Part shown: one piece after another, positions 16,879-28,000 of the stretch | How the letters are laid out: each line of letters begins with the position of its first letter | How positions within the stretch are numbered: the stretch's first letter is position 1 | Assembly (NCBI GenBank): GCA_946496065.1 | Contig: CAMMFF010000001.1 | Span: 191,681 to 255,680 of the forward strand | Direction of reading: 5' to 3' | Origin: an uncultured Clostridia bacterium | Lineage (GTDB): Bacteria; Bacillota; Clostridia; Christensenellales; UBA1242 | DNA: 64,000 bases | Translations under genes and position numbers: made by a program | Notes under the pieces: generated by a model | Seen by the model: only the letters and a program-made list of their open reading frames with translations | Told to the model about the DNA's origin: nothing | Databases searched by the model: none

Positions 16879-17691
16879 ATGAAGAAAAAAGGTTTTATCA
16901 TAGTCTTAATTTTGGCAATTGTAGCTGTTGTTTTGACAATTGTTTTCATCAATTTGTTCAAAGAGAGAGATACGCAAAAACTTGCAAAAAGTTTGAATAC
17001 AGCAGTTGCTGAAGGTTATTTGTCTGATGAAAGTGAAGAATATTCAACTATTAATGAATATCTGACTTCAATCTATAACAAGCTTACATCATCAAGTGAA
17101 AAAGCAGAAGTTAAGAATTATCAAGATTCATATAGGGCTTATGCCGTATATGGAGAATTTATGAACAGACAAATTGTTTTCTCAGAATATACTGAAACAT
17201 ACAAAAATGAACGTAAAAAGATTGAAACCGATTTGAAAAAAGGTCAAAATGCGGCAGAACAAATGGCATCATATATTGTTGAAAACAGAGATGTGACTGG
17301 TGGAAGTGACTATTGGCAAGCGAACACTTGGGCAAATTGCAAGGGATACATGAGCGATTTGTTTGCATACACTTCTGATGCATTCAACCGTCTGGGAGAT
17401 GTTTATGCTGCATCTGTCACATCACCATTGATGAACAACGCTTTAACGACTCTTGTTTTCAATACAGCAGAAGAACTTTCAGTAGATGTTTCTGAAAAAT
17501 TGACACAAGATTCAAGTTGTGGACAAACACTCTATAATTTTATTAACAATTATCTTGCTCAAAGCAAAGAAGGAGTTATTTTGAATTTTAACTATAATGC
17601 AGATCAACAAAACACAGTTAAGATAATCAGCGAAAAAGGTAATGGTTGGGAAGCATTATACACTCAATTCCTTCAAGGAAACATTGGTTAA
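16879..17691 (+). CDS. N-terminally membrane-anchored hypothetical protein
   Basis: AAGGAG SD, ATG 16879. N-terminal TM GFIIVLILAIVAVVLTIVFINLF followed by a soluble, probably helical domain. No family recognised. Confidence 0.7.
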   Translation: MKKKGFIIVLILAIVAVVLTIVFINLFKERDTQKLAKSLNTAVAEGYLSDESEEYSTINEYLTSIYNKLTSSSEKAEVKNYQDSYRAYAVYGEFMNRQIVFSEYTETYKNERKKIETDLKKGQNAAEQMASYIVENRDVTGGSDYWQANTWANCKGYMSDLFAYTSDAFNRLGDVYAASVTSPLMNNALTTLVFNTAEELSVDVSEKLTQDSSCGQTLYNFINNYLAQSKEGVILNFNYNADQQNTVKIISEKGNGWEALYTQFLQGNIG

Positions 17692-17703
17692 TAGGAGGGT
17701 GAT

Positions 17704-18786
17704 ATGAAATTTAAGAAAATAATGGCAGGGTTGACTTTGTGCTGTTGCTCGCTTTTTGCATTGCTTGGCCTTGGTGGTTGTGGCGGTGTTACATTGTCAA
17801 CAATTCAAGAAAACTTCGACAAGTTAGATGCAACCTACAAGGAATATTCTTCTGTTTTCACACAGGGTGTGGTTGACAATATAGATACAAATTATTTGAT
17901 TAAGTATGGAACAATTGTTGACGGATACGTGACAGAACAAAAGGAAGGATATGTTGAACTGTTGGATATATATAATTCAACTTTGGTGATTTCAAGCGAT
18001 TATATTGACAATAACAAGGAATATATAAAAAACTTAGACGAAAAAAATCTTTCAAAAGAATCAAAAACTGCACTTAAAGATTTGAATGAAAGTCTGGTTG
18101 AATACACTGACACAATTTCAGATTTTGTTAGAGCGAGAAAAACATTTGTAGATTATTTTGAAGAATTCAATGGACAATTATCGGAAGAATCTAGCAGTGC
18201 ATATCTTCGTAAATTCAAAAAATCATACGGAGAACTTGTAAGCAAAAACATTGAACTTTCAATGAATTTGGCAAGCACGATTGAAACAACAGAAATTTTT
18301 GATTTGTTGAAGAAGACAACTCCAACCGAAAATGATACAAAGATTATGAAAGAATATATCAGAGCAAAGATGTTGCCTATCTTCAGTGAGTTCAAGATCA
18401 CAGAACTTGAGAACAATCTCAACTGGCAAGGTCAGGCAGAAACTGAAACAAAAGACAGAATTGACAATTTGCTTGCTTCATTGGAGAGCAAATTTGCAAC
18501 ATATAAGGCAAGATTTGTAGGTTCAAATGAAAATGTCAGCACATTGACTTCAGAAGAGATGAATCAACTTTTTGATTATGTAGAAAATTTCCTTGCTGAA
18601 ACAGACGCATATATGCAAGCATTAAAAGGATTGAACATTAGTGTTTTGGCTGTTGATTATGACAACAATATGGAAAAATATTTGGAAAAAAATCCTTTGG
18701 CAGAAACATATCTCGAAAAAATGGAACAATTCATTGGAACAACATTGACAAATTTCATGGATCAAGTTGTTAATATTATCTATTAA
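17704..18786 (+). CDS. hypothetical lipoprotein (helical, Glu/Lys/Asn-rich)
   Basis: GGAGGG SD. Signal peptide with lipobox LGGCGG. 360 aa. No family recognised. Confidence 0.75.
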   Translation: MKFKKIMAGLTLCCCSLFALLGLGGCGGVTLSTIQENFDKLDATYKEYSSVFTQGVVDNIDTNYLIKYGTIVDGYVTEQKEGYVELLDIYNSTLVISSDYIDNNKEYIKNLDEKNLSKESKTALKDLNESLVEYTDTISDFVRARKTFVDYFEEFNGQLSEESSSAYLRKFKKSYGELVSKNIELSMNLASTIETTEIFDLLKKTTPTENDTKIMKEYIRAKMLPIFSEFKITELENNLNWQGQAETETKDRIDNLLASLESKFATYKARFVGSNENVSTLTSEEMNQLFDYVENFLAETDAYMQALKGLNISVLAVDYDNNMEKYLEKNPLAETYLEKMEQFIGTTLTNFMDQVVNIIY

Positions 18787-18823
18787 TTGAAGCAAATTTA
18801 AACTCACTTAGGGTGGGTTTAAT

Positions 18824-18832
18824 TGTTATAAT
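18824..18832 (+). promoter_or_regulatory. extended -10 element TGtTATAAT upstream of gltX
   Basis: TG at 18824-18825, TATAAT at 18827-18832. The -35 is weak (TCACTT). Confidence 0.35.
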
Positions 18833-18850
18833 AATGTTAGGAGAATGATT

Positions 18851-20482
18851 ATGTATTATAAAAAATTGGCTGAACTGCTTTTTGCAGACAACAAAATGAC
18901 TGTTGAAGAAATCGAAAAAAAATATCCAAAAAGACAGTTGCCAGAAGGTGCTTATGTGACAAGATTTGCACCAAGCCCTACTGGTTATATGCATTTGGGT
19001 GGATTTTTTCAAGCTTTGATTGATTATAACATTGCAAAGCGTAGCAATGGTGTTTTCTATTTGAGAATTGAAGACACTGACAACAAAAGAGAAGTTTCTG
19101 GTGCTAGTTCAATTATCATGAACATCTTGAATGAATATGGATTGACTCCTGATGAATATCAACTCAAGGGTGGAATCACTGTTGGTGATTATGGTCCTTA
19201 TTATCAAAGTGAACGTCAAGAAATTTACAAGGCGTATGCAAAAAAATTGGTTTCTGAGGGTAAGGCTTTTCCATGCTTTTGTAAAAAGACTGAAGGTTTG
19301 GGAGATGTTAAGGAAAAGAGAGAAAAGAAATTCTCTGTTGGAATCAATGAAGATAAAGATCCTTGCAGAAACTTGACTTTTGAGCAAATTGAGCAATATT
19401 TGAAAGAAGGTAAAAAATTTGCAATTCGTTTGAAAACACAAGGAGACGGAACGAAAAAAATCATGTTCCATGATGGCTCTAAGGGTGATGTTGAAATCAT
19501 CGAAAACTGCTCTGATGCCATTTTGCTCAAGAATGATTTGATGCCAACATATCATTTTGCTCATGCCATTGATGACACCCTTATGGGCACAACAGTTGTT
19601 GTACGTGGAGAAGAATGGTTGCCTTCATACCCATTGCATAAAGAAATTTTTGATGCGTTGGGATACAAACAACCACAATACATTCACACTCCTTTGATTT
19701 ATAAATTTAATGAAAAGGGAAACAAAATCAAAATCTCCAAGCGAAAACATCCAGAAGCAGATATGAGATTTTTTGACAAAGAAGGTTATGATAAACAGGC
19801 AATCATTGAATATTTGATGAATTTGATAAATTCGAATTTTGAAATCTGGCGTTCAAAAAACAAAAACGCTGATATTATGGAATTCCCTTTTGATGGGTTT
19901 AACATAACTGCAAACACACCAATTTTTGACTTTGTCAAACTGAATGATGTTTCAAAAGAAATCATTTCTCATTATACTGCTGAGGAATGTTATGCACAAT
20001 TGCTTGCTTGGGCGAGAGAATATTCTTTGGAAAATGTGGATTATTTGGTTAAAGATAAAGACTACGTGACCAAAGTTTTGAACATAGACAGAGAAAAATC
20101 AAAACCTAGAAAAGATATTTATAAATGGAGTATGTTTTTTGATTTGTTTGATTATATGTTCAGTGCTCCAAAGAAATATGAAATTGAAGAGAAACGCAGA
20201 AAAGATTTTGAGCAAGTTCTGAGAGAATATAAAAAATACATCAACTTGTCTTCAAAAGAAGTATGGTTTGAAAACATCAAAAAAATGGCTGAAAAGTTGG
20301 GTTATGCCGTTGACAACAAAGCATACAAAGCAAATTCTGAAATGTTTAAAGGCAATGTTGCAACCGTTTGTGAATATATCAGAATTGCAATCACTGGACA
20401 TAAGAATTCTCCAGACTTGTTTGAAATTATGACTTTGCTTGGAGAAAAACAAGTTATCGAAAGAATTTCAGAATTTGCATAA
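18851..20482 (+). CDS. gltX: glutamate--tRNA ligase
   Basis: RFAPSPTGYMHLGG (HIGH region), LRIEDTD, and KISKRK (KMSKS-like). ATG 18851 sits 6 nt after AGGAGA; the track's ATG 18845 abuts the SD. Confidence 0.9.
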   Translation: MYYKKLAELLFADNKMTVEEIEKKYPKRQLPEGAYVTRFAPSPTGYMHLGGFFQALIDYNIAKRSNGVFYLRIEDTDNKREVSGASSIIMNILNEYGLTPDEYQLKGGITVGDYGPYYQSERQEIYKAYAKKLVSEGKAFPCFCKKTEGLGDVKEKREKKFSVGINEDKDPCRNLTFEQIEQYLKEGKKFAIRLKTQGDGTKKIMFHDGSKGDVEIIENCSDAILLKNDLMPTYHFAHAIDDTLMGTTVVVRGEEWLPSYPLHKEIFDALGYKQPQYIHTPLIYKFNEKGNKIKISKRKHPEADMRFFDKEGYDKQAIIEYLMNLINSNFEIWRSKNKNADIMEFPFDGFNITANTPIFDFVKLNDVSKEIISHYTAEECYAQLLAWAREYSLENVDYLVKDKDYVTKVLNIDREKSKPRKDIYKWSMFFDLFDYMFSAPKKYEIEEKRRKDFEQVLREYKKYINLSSKEVWFENIKKMAEKLGYAVDNKAYKANSEMFKGNVATVCEYIRIAITGHKNSPDLFEIMTLLGEKQVIERISEFA

Positions 20483-20484
20483 TT

Positions 20485-20525
20485 ATAAAAATTTCAAAAA
20501 AATATAATATTTTTCAAATTTTTAT
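20485..20525 (+). terminator. imperfect all-A/T hairpin after gltX (weak terminator candidate)
   Basis: ATAAAAATTT/AAATTTTTAT (10 bp) plus an inner 5 bp, separated by one C:C mismatch. Confidence 0.3.
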
Positions 20526-20735
20526 TAATTAATTTTGATTATTTATAATTTATTAATTATTTTTTCAAAAAAATATTAAAATAGAGCAAAAATTTCTACA
20601 ATTGCGTGAATTACGCACAAATAAACTATTAAAATTAATTAAAAATTAACTTTTTCTTAATTATTTATTAAATTTTTAATAAAAAATATTGTTTTTTAAT
20701 TAATTTATTAAAAAATTGATTTTGGAGAAAATAAA

Positions 20736-21794
20736 ATGGAAAAAATAATATTGACAGGAGATAGACCCACAGGCAATTTGCATATTGGACATTATGTTGG
20801 TTCAATTGCAAACAGATTGAAATTGCAAAACGTCAATGACTATGATAAGTTCTATATCATGATTGCAGACACTCAAGCGTTGACTGATAATGCAAATAAT
20901 GTTGACAAGGTGAAAAATAACATCATTCAAGTTGCAATTGATTATTTGTCTGCTGGGATTGATCCTGAGAAGGTTAACATTTTCATTCAGTCTCAAGTTC
21001 CAGAACTTGCAGAAATGACTATGTATTTCATGAATTTGGTGACTGTTGCAAGGTTGAACAGAAATCCGACTGTTAAAGATGAAATCAAACAAAGAGGTTT
21101 TCAAAATTCCATGCCTGTTGGATTTTTGTGTTATCCAATAAGTCAAGCATCGGATATTTTGGCTTTCAACACTTCTCTTGTTCCTGTTGGTGAGGACCAA
21201 TTGCCAATGATTGAACAGACAAGAGAAATTGTTAGAAGTTTTCACAATGCTTATGGAAAAGAAATTTTCACAATGCCAGAACCATTGTTGCCAGGCAACA
21301 AGGCTTGCAGAAGACTTTCTGGAACAGACGGCAACTTGAAAATGAGCAAGTCTGCCGGAAATTGTATCTATTTGAAGGACGATCCTGAAGTTGTTAAACA
21401 AAAGATAATGAATGCATATACAGACCCTAATCATATTAAGATTTCTGATCCGGGACAAGTTGAGGGGAATGTTGTTTTTTCTTATCTTGATGCATTTTCA
21501 ACTGATGAATCGTTCAGAAAATACCTTTCGGAATACAAAAATTTGGACGAATTAAAGGCTCACTATAGAAAAGGTGGGTTGGGAGATGTGAAAATCAAGT
21601 TGTTTTTGAACAATGTTTTGCAAGAATTGCTGGAACCAATCAGAAACAAAAGAAAGGAACTTGAAAAAGACATAGATTCAATTTATCAAATGCTTTTTGA
21701 AAATGGTAAAAAAGCAAGAGAAGTTGCGTCCGAAACCTTAAGCAAGATGAAAGATGCTATGGGAATCAACTATTCAAAATTTTTGAACAAATAA
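20736..21794 (+). CDS. trpS: tryptophan--tRNA ligase
   Basis: TGDRPTGNLHIGHYVG (HIGH), KMSKS present, 352 aa. GGAGA SD. Confidence 0.95.
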   Translation: MEKIILTGDRPTGNLHIGHYVGSIANRLKLQNVNDYDKFYIMIADTQALTDNANNVDKVKNNIIQVAIDYLSAGIDPEKVNIFIQSQVPELAEMTMYFMNLVTVARLNRNPTVKDEIKQRGFQNSMPVGFLCYPISQASDILAFNTSLVPVGEDQLPMIEQTREIVRSFHNAYGKEIFTMPEPLLPGNKACRRLSGTDGNLKMSKSAGNCIYLKDDPEVVKQKIMNAYTDPNHIKISDPGQVEGNVVFSYLDAFSTDESFRKYLSEYKNLDELKAHYRKGGLGDVKIKLFLNNVLQELLEPIRNKRKELEKDIDSIYQMLFENGKKAREVASETLSKMKDAMGINYSKFLNK

Positions 21795-21802
21795 AAAACA
21801 TT

Positions 21803-21852
21803 AAAAAATACGCAAAAAAACAAGAAAAAATTGAAAAAATGCGTATTTTTTT
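21803..21852 (+). terminator. terminator-like hairpin after trpS with a large A-rich loop
   Basis: AAAAAATACGCA (21803-21814) pairs exactly with TGCGTATTTTTT (21840-21851). The loop is 25 nt. Confidence 0.5.
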
Positions 21853-22001
21853 ATTATTTTTGCTTTCAAAATAAAATTTTTTATTATTTTAAATTAATGA
21901 TGCATTAATTATTTCTTTTGAAAAACCTTTTTCTATGTAAATTTAGGTTTAAAAATGACATTAATATATATATTAAAATTATAATTTTTCAAAGAAAATA
22001 T

Positions 22002-22031
22002 TTGCTTAGATAGACAATATTTTTGTATAAT
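22002..22031 (+). promoter_or_regulatory. putative promoter of the 19-kb gene, TTGCTT-N18-TATAAT
   Basis: -35 at 22002-22007, -10 at 22026-22031. ~37-nt leader with AGGAGA SD at 22061-22066. Confidence 0.4.
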
Positions 22032-22074
22032 AATTATAGATTTAGGTCTTTGCTAAATCAAGGAGAAATTGTAT

Positions 22075-25000
22075 ATGAAAAGAAAGTCAATTTTTTTTAC
22101 CTTGTTTGTTTTGATCTTTGGGTTTTGTGGAACCCTAAGTTATTTCAATTATGATTCGGGAGTAACTAGTGCAGTCAGTCAAGACGCAAGCGTTTGGGAT
22201 GGTGATTATGTTTCAAGCGAGAGCAATCTGACAGAAAGTGATTGGTTTAATGAAAACGGAAATGATTATTACATCAGAAGTGCCGCTGGACTTTCTTATT
22301 TTGCATACAGTGTCAATCATGGGACAAGCTTTAGAGATAAAAGAATTTATCTCGAAACCGATATTGATTTAAACAATCAAGAGTGGACACCTATTGGCAA
22401 TGGCGAAAATAATTTTCAAGGTTTGTTTCAAGGACAGGGCTATGCAATTTACAACTTGAAGATAAGCAAAGACAATTCTGGTTATGTTGGATTTTTTGGA
22501 AGTTTGACTGATTATTCTCGTGTTGACAATTTGCATCTTAAAAATGTAGATGTAAGTGTTACAGTTTCTTCTTCCGCAAGTGATTATTACATTGGAACGA
22601 TGGTTGGAAATTTCAACAATACTGGCAATACGGACAGAACTTACACCAACTCATACATAACAAATTGCTCAGTTGAAGGGGACATTACTGTGATTTCAAC
22701 TGTATCAGGGAAAAATTATTACATAGGCGGACTTGCTGGTTGCATCAAAAATGCGACAGTGAGAACTTCCAGCAGTGAAGTTGACATCACAACAACATCA
22801 TTGAGGGCGACAAACTTGAGAGTTGGTGGGTTGGCTGGTGAGGTGCAATTTTTGACACTTGCAGATTTTCATTACGATGGAAGCATCGATGTGACGTCTA
22901 CAACCACTTATGGCTATTTGGGTGGATTGATTGGTTTGGCTATTGGGAAAGACGCATCCAACTTGACCACAATTTCAAACGCTTATAGTTTTGGAGATAT
23001 GGTTTTAAACAATACTGGCAGCAGTTTTTATGTTGGTGGTTTGATTGGGAGAGTTGAAAATGCTTACTTTACGATAAATAATATATATCATTTCGGTGAC
23101 ATAGAGTCCAACATAAGTTCAAGTGGAACAAATTATGTCGGAGGCTTGATTGGACATTTGCAAAGTGCAAGTTCAGTTTACACAAAAGTCTTTGATGGTT
23201 TTTATGTTGGAGATATTAGCGGAAGGAATGTAACAATAAATTATCTCTATTCAATCAACAGCAATCTTGGGACATCTCAAATTCCTAATGTCGACGGATT
23301 GTATTATGATGTTGACCAAAAAGATGCAAGTGCGTCAGATGTTTCCAGTCAGATAGTAAACTTGGATGATATTGCTAAGACTAGAGATTTTTATGGAAAT
23401 GAAAGATATTGGACATCTGAGACATCTTGGGATTTTTCTTCGACAACATCTGGTTGGGGAATTTCTTCTGGAATCAACGAAGGATATCCATATTTGATTT
23501 TGACACACAATTTGGGAAATGCTAACAACGATTCGGATTATTCAGAAGAATCACCTTTGGAGGGAAATGGGACTGCAACTTCTCCATATTTGATCAAATC
23601 TGCAGGTGATTTGGGTTACGTTTCTTTCAATTTTGAAGCAGGAGCATATTATTCTCTTCAGAATGATATCGACTTGACTGGCAGAACTTGGCAACCAATT
23701 GGAACAACAGATTCTGCATTTAGTGGTGTGTTTGATGGAAATGGATACACAATTTATGGAATGACTTGCTCTTTGCAAGAACAATTCAGTTACCATGGTT
23801 TGTTTGGGGTAACTGAAAATGCAGTCATTAAAAACTTAAATATTAGAAACGTCCAATATATCAATCAAGGAAGTGAAGGAGCTGGTTATGTTGGAACGAT
23901 GGTTGCGTATGCTAAAGGTGATACATATTTGATTAACTGCACTGACAATGAATATGGTCAAACAGGGACAATGTCTGATGGAAGCAAGGTTTATGCTGTT
24001 GGCCGTGTTGAAAGCGCAAAGTCTGTTTATGTTTTCTATGGAAAATCATCAATCAACTTGATGGGAAATTTGATTCCAAATGGTGAATTCTATGGAAATA
24101 TTGATCTTTCTGGAACAAAATCAACAAGCGTTAATGAATCGGCAAAAATTTATTATGGATATGATATTGAGATTGATGGAAACGGTGGAACTTTCTATGA
24201 TTCAACCAAGACTGCTTATGCTGGGAAATATCATTTGTTAGTATTGCCACAAGGAGAGGAAAATAGAACAAATCCAAACTTCACTGGAGAGGCTGAAAGT
24301 GATGTTATAGATATTTCAGAGATTGATTCAACTTACGGCAAGGCTCTTCCTCAACTTTCACATTTGTTTGGGAAAACAGATACAATCATCAAAAGAGGAC
24401 ATAGAGCGCAAAACTATGTCTATAAATCAAATTCCGAAAACATGTTTTCAGATTCTCTTACTGAAAAGTTTGTAGAGTCCGCTGATACTAAAAATACAAC
24501 TATTAAAAACAACATTAACTCTTATAATTTCAAATATTATGTTAAAAATGAAAAAGGCGAGTTTGTGAAAGCAATCACTTATGATGAAAATGAAACATAT
24601 TATGAATTTGATACAAGTGCGGGGGCAGTGTTGACGATAAATTATTCTTCATCGCCTTTACTTGGGCTTGAAGTTGCTTGGCAAGTGTATGGATATGACC
24701 CTAGCAATCCTAGCGTTGTAGACAAGGACAATGCATTTCAGGTCATTGTGATTTATAATGGATATGAAAAAACCAATTTTTATGCTGAAGAAGGTCATAC
24801 ATCAACCACCTATCATCAAAACTCTGAGGTTAAACTGGATGAGAATGGATTGGTTTACAAAACTTTCTATATGGAGTATGACTCTTTCCTTTCAGACTAC
24901 CCAGAAATTTTTGAAATACCAGAATATATTGATTCGACAGGAAAAACAAAACTGTTAAGAAATGGGGATTTTGAAATTGCTGGCGTTTATGAATATTACA

Positions 25001-28000
25001 ATGACACAAATTCATTGTTCAAAAACGAAATTTTAAATTCTGCACCTTCCGAAAGTGAAGATGACGACAATCTTTATGCGTCAACAACATTGGTAAATTC
25101 AGTTTTGTCAAATGCTGATTATGAAGACAGCCAAGGAATCTATTATGCAAATCTTTACACTGAATGGAAAGGTGTAGAAAAAGATGCCGAGGATATGTAT
25201 AAGTTGACAATAGATTTCTCTACTGTTGGAACTTTTGCGGGAAAATTTGAGATTGCTGATGCGATTGAATCTGTCGTTTTGTCATACCATGGAAATACTC
25301 CAAATCCTTCTGAAGTGAAAGGGGTGGTTGAAAATAACTCTGTAACTTTCTATTTTGACACAATGTATAGTGATAGAATTGACAATTGGTTGCAAATTGA
25401 TGTCAAACTGAAGGTTGGTTATACTTCTGAAAATTTTGTTTTAAATAGTGACGAATATAATGAATCAATTGATTTGAATTTTGGAGAATTATCAGCAGAA
25501 CCGGTGAATAATGTAGAAGGTTATACTTATTCATATAACGAATCTGTTTATACATATGGCAGAAGAATTCAATTTAGAAATTTGTGTCAGGACTACACTT
25601 TGAATCTCACAATAAGAAGAGCACAAGTTTCAAATGATATAAGTATTGGAGAAGGTGTTTATTTTGGTCTTTCTCCAATGGTTGCGGGCTGGACGAACGT
25701 TTCAATGTTTGATTTTCAATCAAATTCTTTTGTCAACTTGCAATCAATGATCGACGAACAATTGAAAGATGAAAATCTTGATACAGTGAGAGACAGTTAT
25801 CTTTCTTCCACAAACACTTCAACAGAAAATCAATATGTAGGTTATGACTTTGTTGATAAAAGAGTTATGACTTCAAACGAAATTTATGATTCGTTTGAAA
25901 TCTCTGCAAACTTCTTTGATAAAGATGGAGAATTTGAGTCTGAAGGGAATTTACTTGAATTTGGACGTGTGTTGTTTAGATATGATTTCCAAAATGGAGA
26001 ATCAAGATATTTCATCTATGAAGGCAGAGAGGAAACAAGTGATGAAGAGGGGCAAAGAGTCACAAGATTGGTTATCTACTTGTATGAAATCAACTACTCG
26101 GCAGGTTTCAATAAAGACACATTAACAGCAGAAGTGGTGACAGATGAATTGGTTAGTCTTGTATATAAAAATGCCTATGAATATATTCTTAACTATTATA
26201 CAAACTCTACTTTTGCTTTTGTTTTCACAACAGATACAAATTCAACTGAATTTGACGATGTCACAAATGTTACGAATGATGGTTCTTTGACAGAAAGGGG
26301 TTCATCTGAACTTAGAGAAATAAAGCACAACGAAAATGTTGAGTGGTCGGAATCAGAGAAACATTTGACAAAAATTTCTATGACATTTGAAGATATGATC
26401 TATCTTGTTAATTCTTCCAATCAGGAAATAACCCTTATAAAGGTTGCGACGGTTTATACAAAGGCATTGTTCAGTTTCAAAGTTAAATATTTGGATGCTG
26501 ATGGTAATTTGGTTGACTTTACATCAAAAGAAGGAGAACCTCAAATTGCAAACAAGCCAACACTTTCTAGAACTAGCGGGGTCTATTCTGTTACATCTTC
26601 AGGAGAAGAAATTGAACTTACGATTACATCAACAAGATATTACAGATTCTTTGCAAACAGAGGAAGTCAGAACGAAACAAACAATGAAGACAAAGGTAAT
26701 GTTGTTCTTTACAATCAAGAAGACCATCGTGATGGTCAAATCTCGGTTGTTGACACAACAAGCACATTTAATATTCAAATTAATGTTTCAAATGCAAACA
26801 TTTATTCCGCTCAAGGTCTTGATGAAGATGATGCTAAAAGAATGAATGAAGCTTATGAAGATTCGTTTAATTCTTATAATGGTTTGTATCTTAACAACTC
26901 ATTGACAAGTTCTACAGATTTGATTTCAATAGAGAAAGGCTATTGGACGACTGATGCAAATGAGCAGTTTATTTATCAAGATGATGTTTATAAAATTAAA
27001 TTCAAATATCAAACTTCTGACAATGATTATGGTCTTCAACCAGGATATTACGAAACGATCATTGTTTGCACAGATGTTCTTTACAATATGGACTATGCAA
27101 CTAAATATGTTGATGCTGATATCAGTGTTGATGAACTTAAAGCAGGGAATATTGAACTCGTTGATGAAGTGAATTCTGAAATATCTACATCAATTTCTGT
27201 TAATGGTGAAACTTATGTTGCAAAAAATCCTACGATTAAATATCAAGACAGTGTGACCATTGAGACATATATGACAAACAAACTTTCTTATGAATTCTGG
27301 GGCTGGTTCATCAAGGGGTCAAATTATTCAAAATACATTGAAAAAGATGCCTCTCTTCCAACATCACCTATTCAAGGGAATTTGGCATCTTGGAACTTTG
27401 ATTATTACAGTCAATTCTTTGTTACAAGGGGAATGAATAACATAAATAAAAATGGTTCTGGAGAAGCAGATTATTCTGAGAATAATCCATACAACATCAC
27501 AATTTATGCTGTTTACATGAAGAAACAGACCACCATTACTCTTTCAAGTCAGGCTATTGTTTATGAAGAAAACGGAACAACCACAGAGGGAAGATATAGT
27601 GCTGGAAGTTTGGGATTGAATTTTTCTATACAACTTGACGAAAAATTTAAAGATGAAAATGGCTCGTCTATGACTAGCAGTATTCTTTACCAATATTTGT
27701 CAGCAGACCAATCTACAGGGGAGAATATCACAGGGCTCACAAATTTCAAATTTGTCATGAGTGGGGACAATGCAAATGGATATTATCTCTCAGGATATAG
27801 GCTTTATAAACAAAATGGAGAAGTGGCAACGGATATTGCTGGGGAAAACATTGAATCTGTTGGCAATAAGGGTGTTGATGTGTCAATACCAAGTGATTAC
27901 GGAATCGACTTATATGCCAAGATTAAAGAACTTGTTGAAGCTGGACAGACCAGTTTAAAATATGAATTTACAATTATTCCAATCATAAGACAAAAGACAG

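Noticed and set aside
20483-20735. A T-box or other riboswitch upstream of trpS. I also looked upstream of gltX (18787-18850) and argS (63183-63266).
   Set aside because: There is no conserved T-box sequence, no G:C-rich antiterminator/terminator pair and no recognisable riboswitch core. The gltX and argS leaders are too short. An Infernal scan would still be the decisive test.
22091-22098. A T8 run in the signal-peptide codons of the 19-kb gene, considered as a slipped-strand phase-variation switch.
   Set aside because: Homopolymers of 7-9 nt are common in coding regions of this window (e.g. 12499-12506 and 43137-43180), and the run simply encodes Ile-Phe-Phe. There is no evidence of length heterogeneity from a single sequence.
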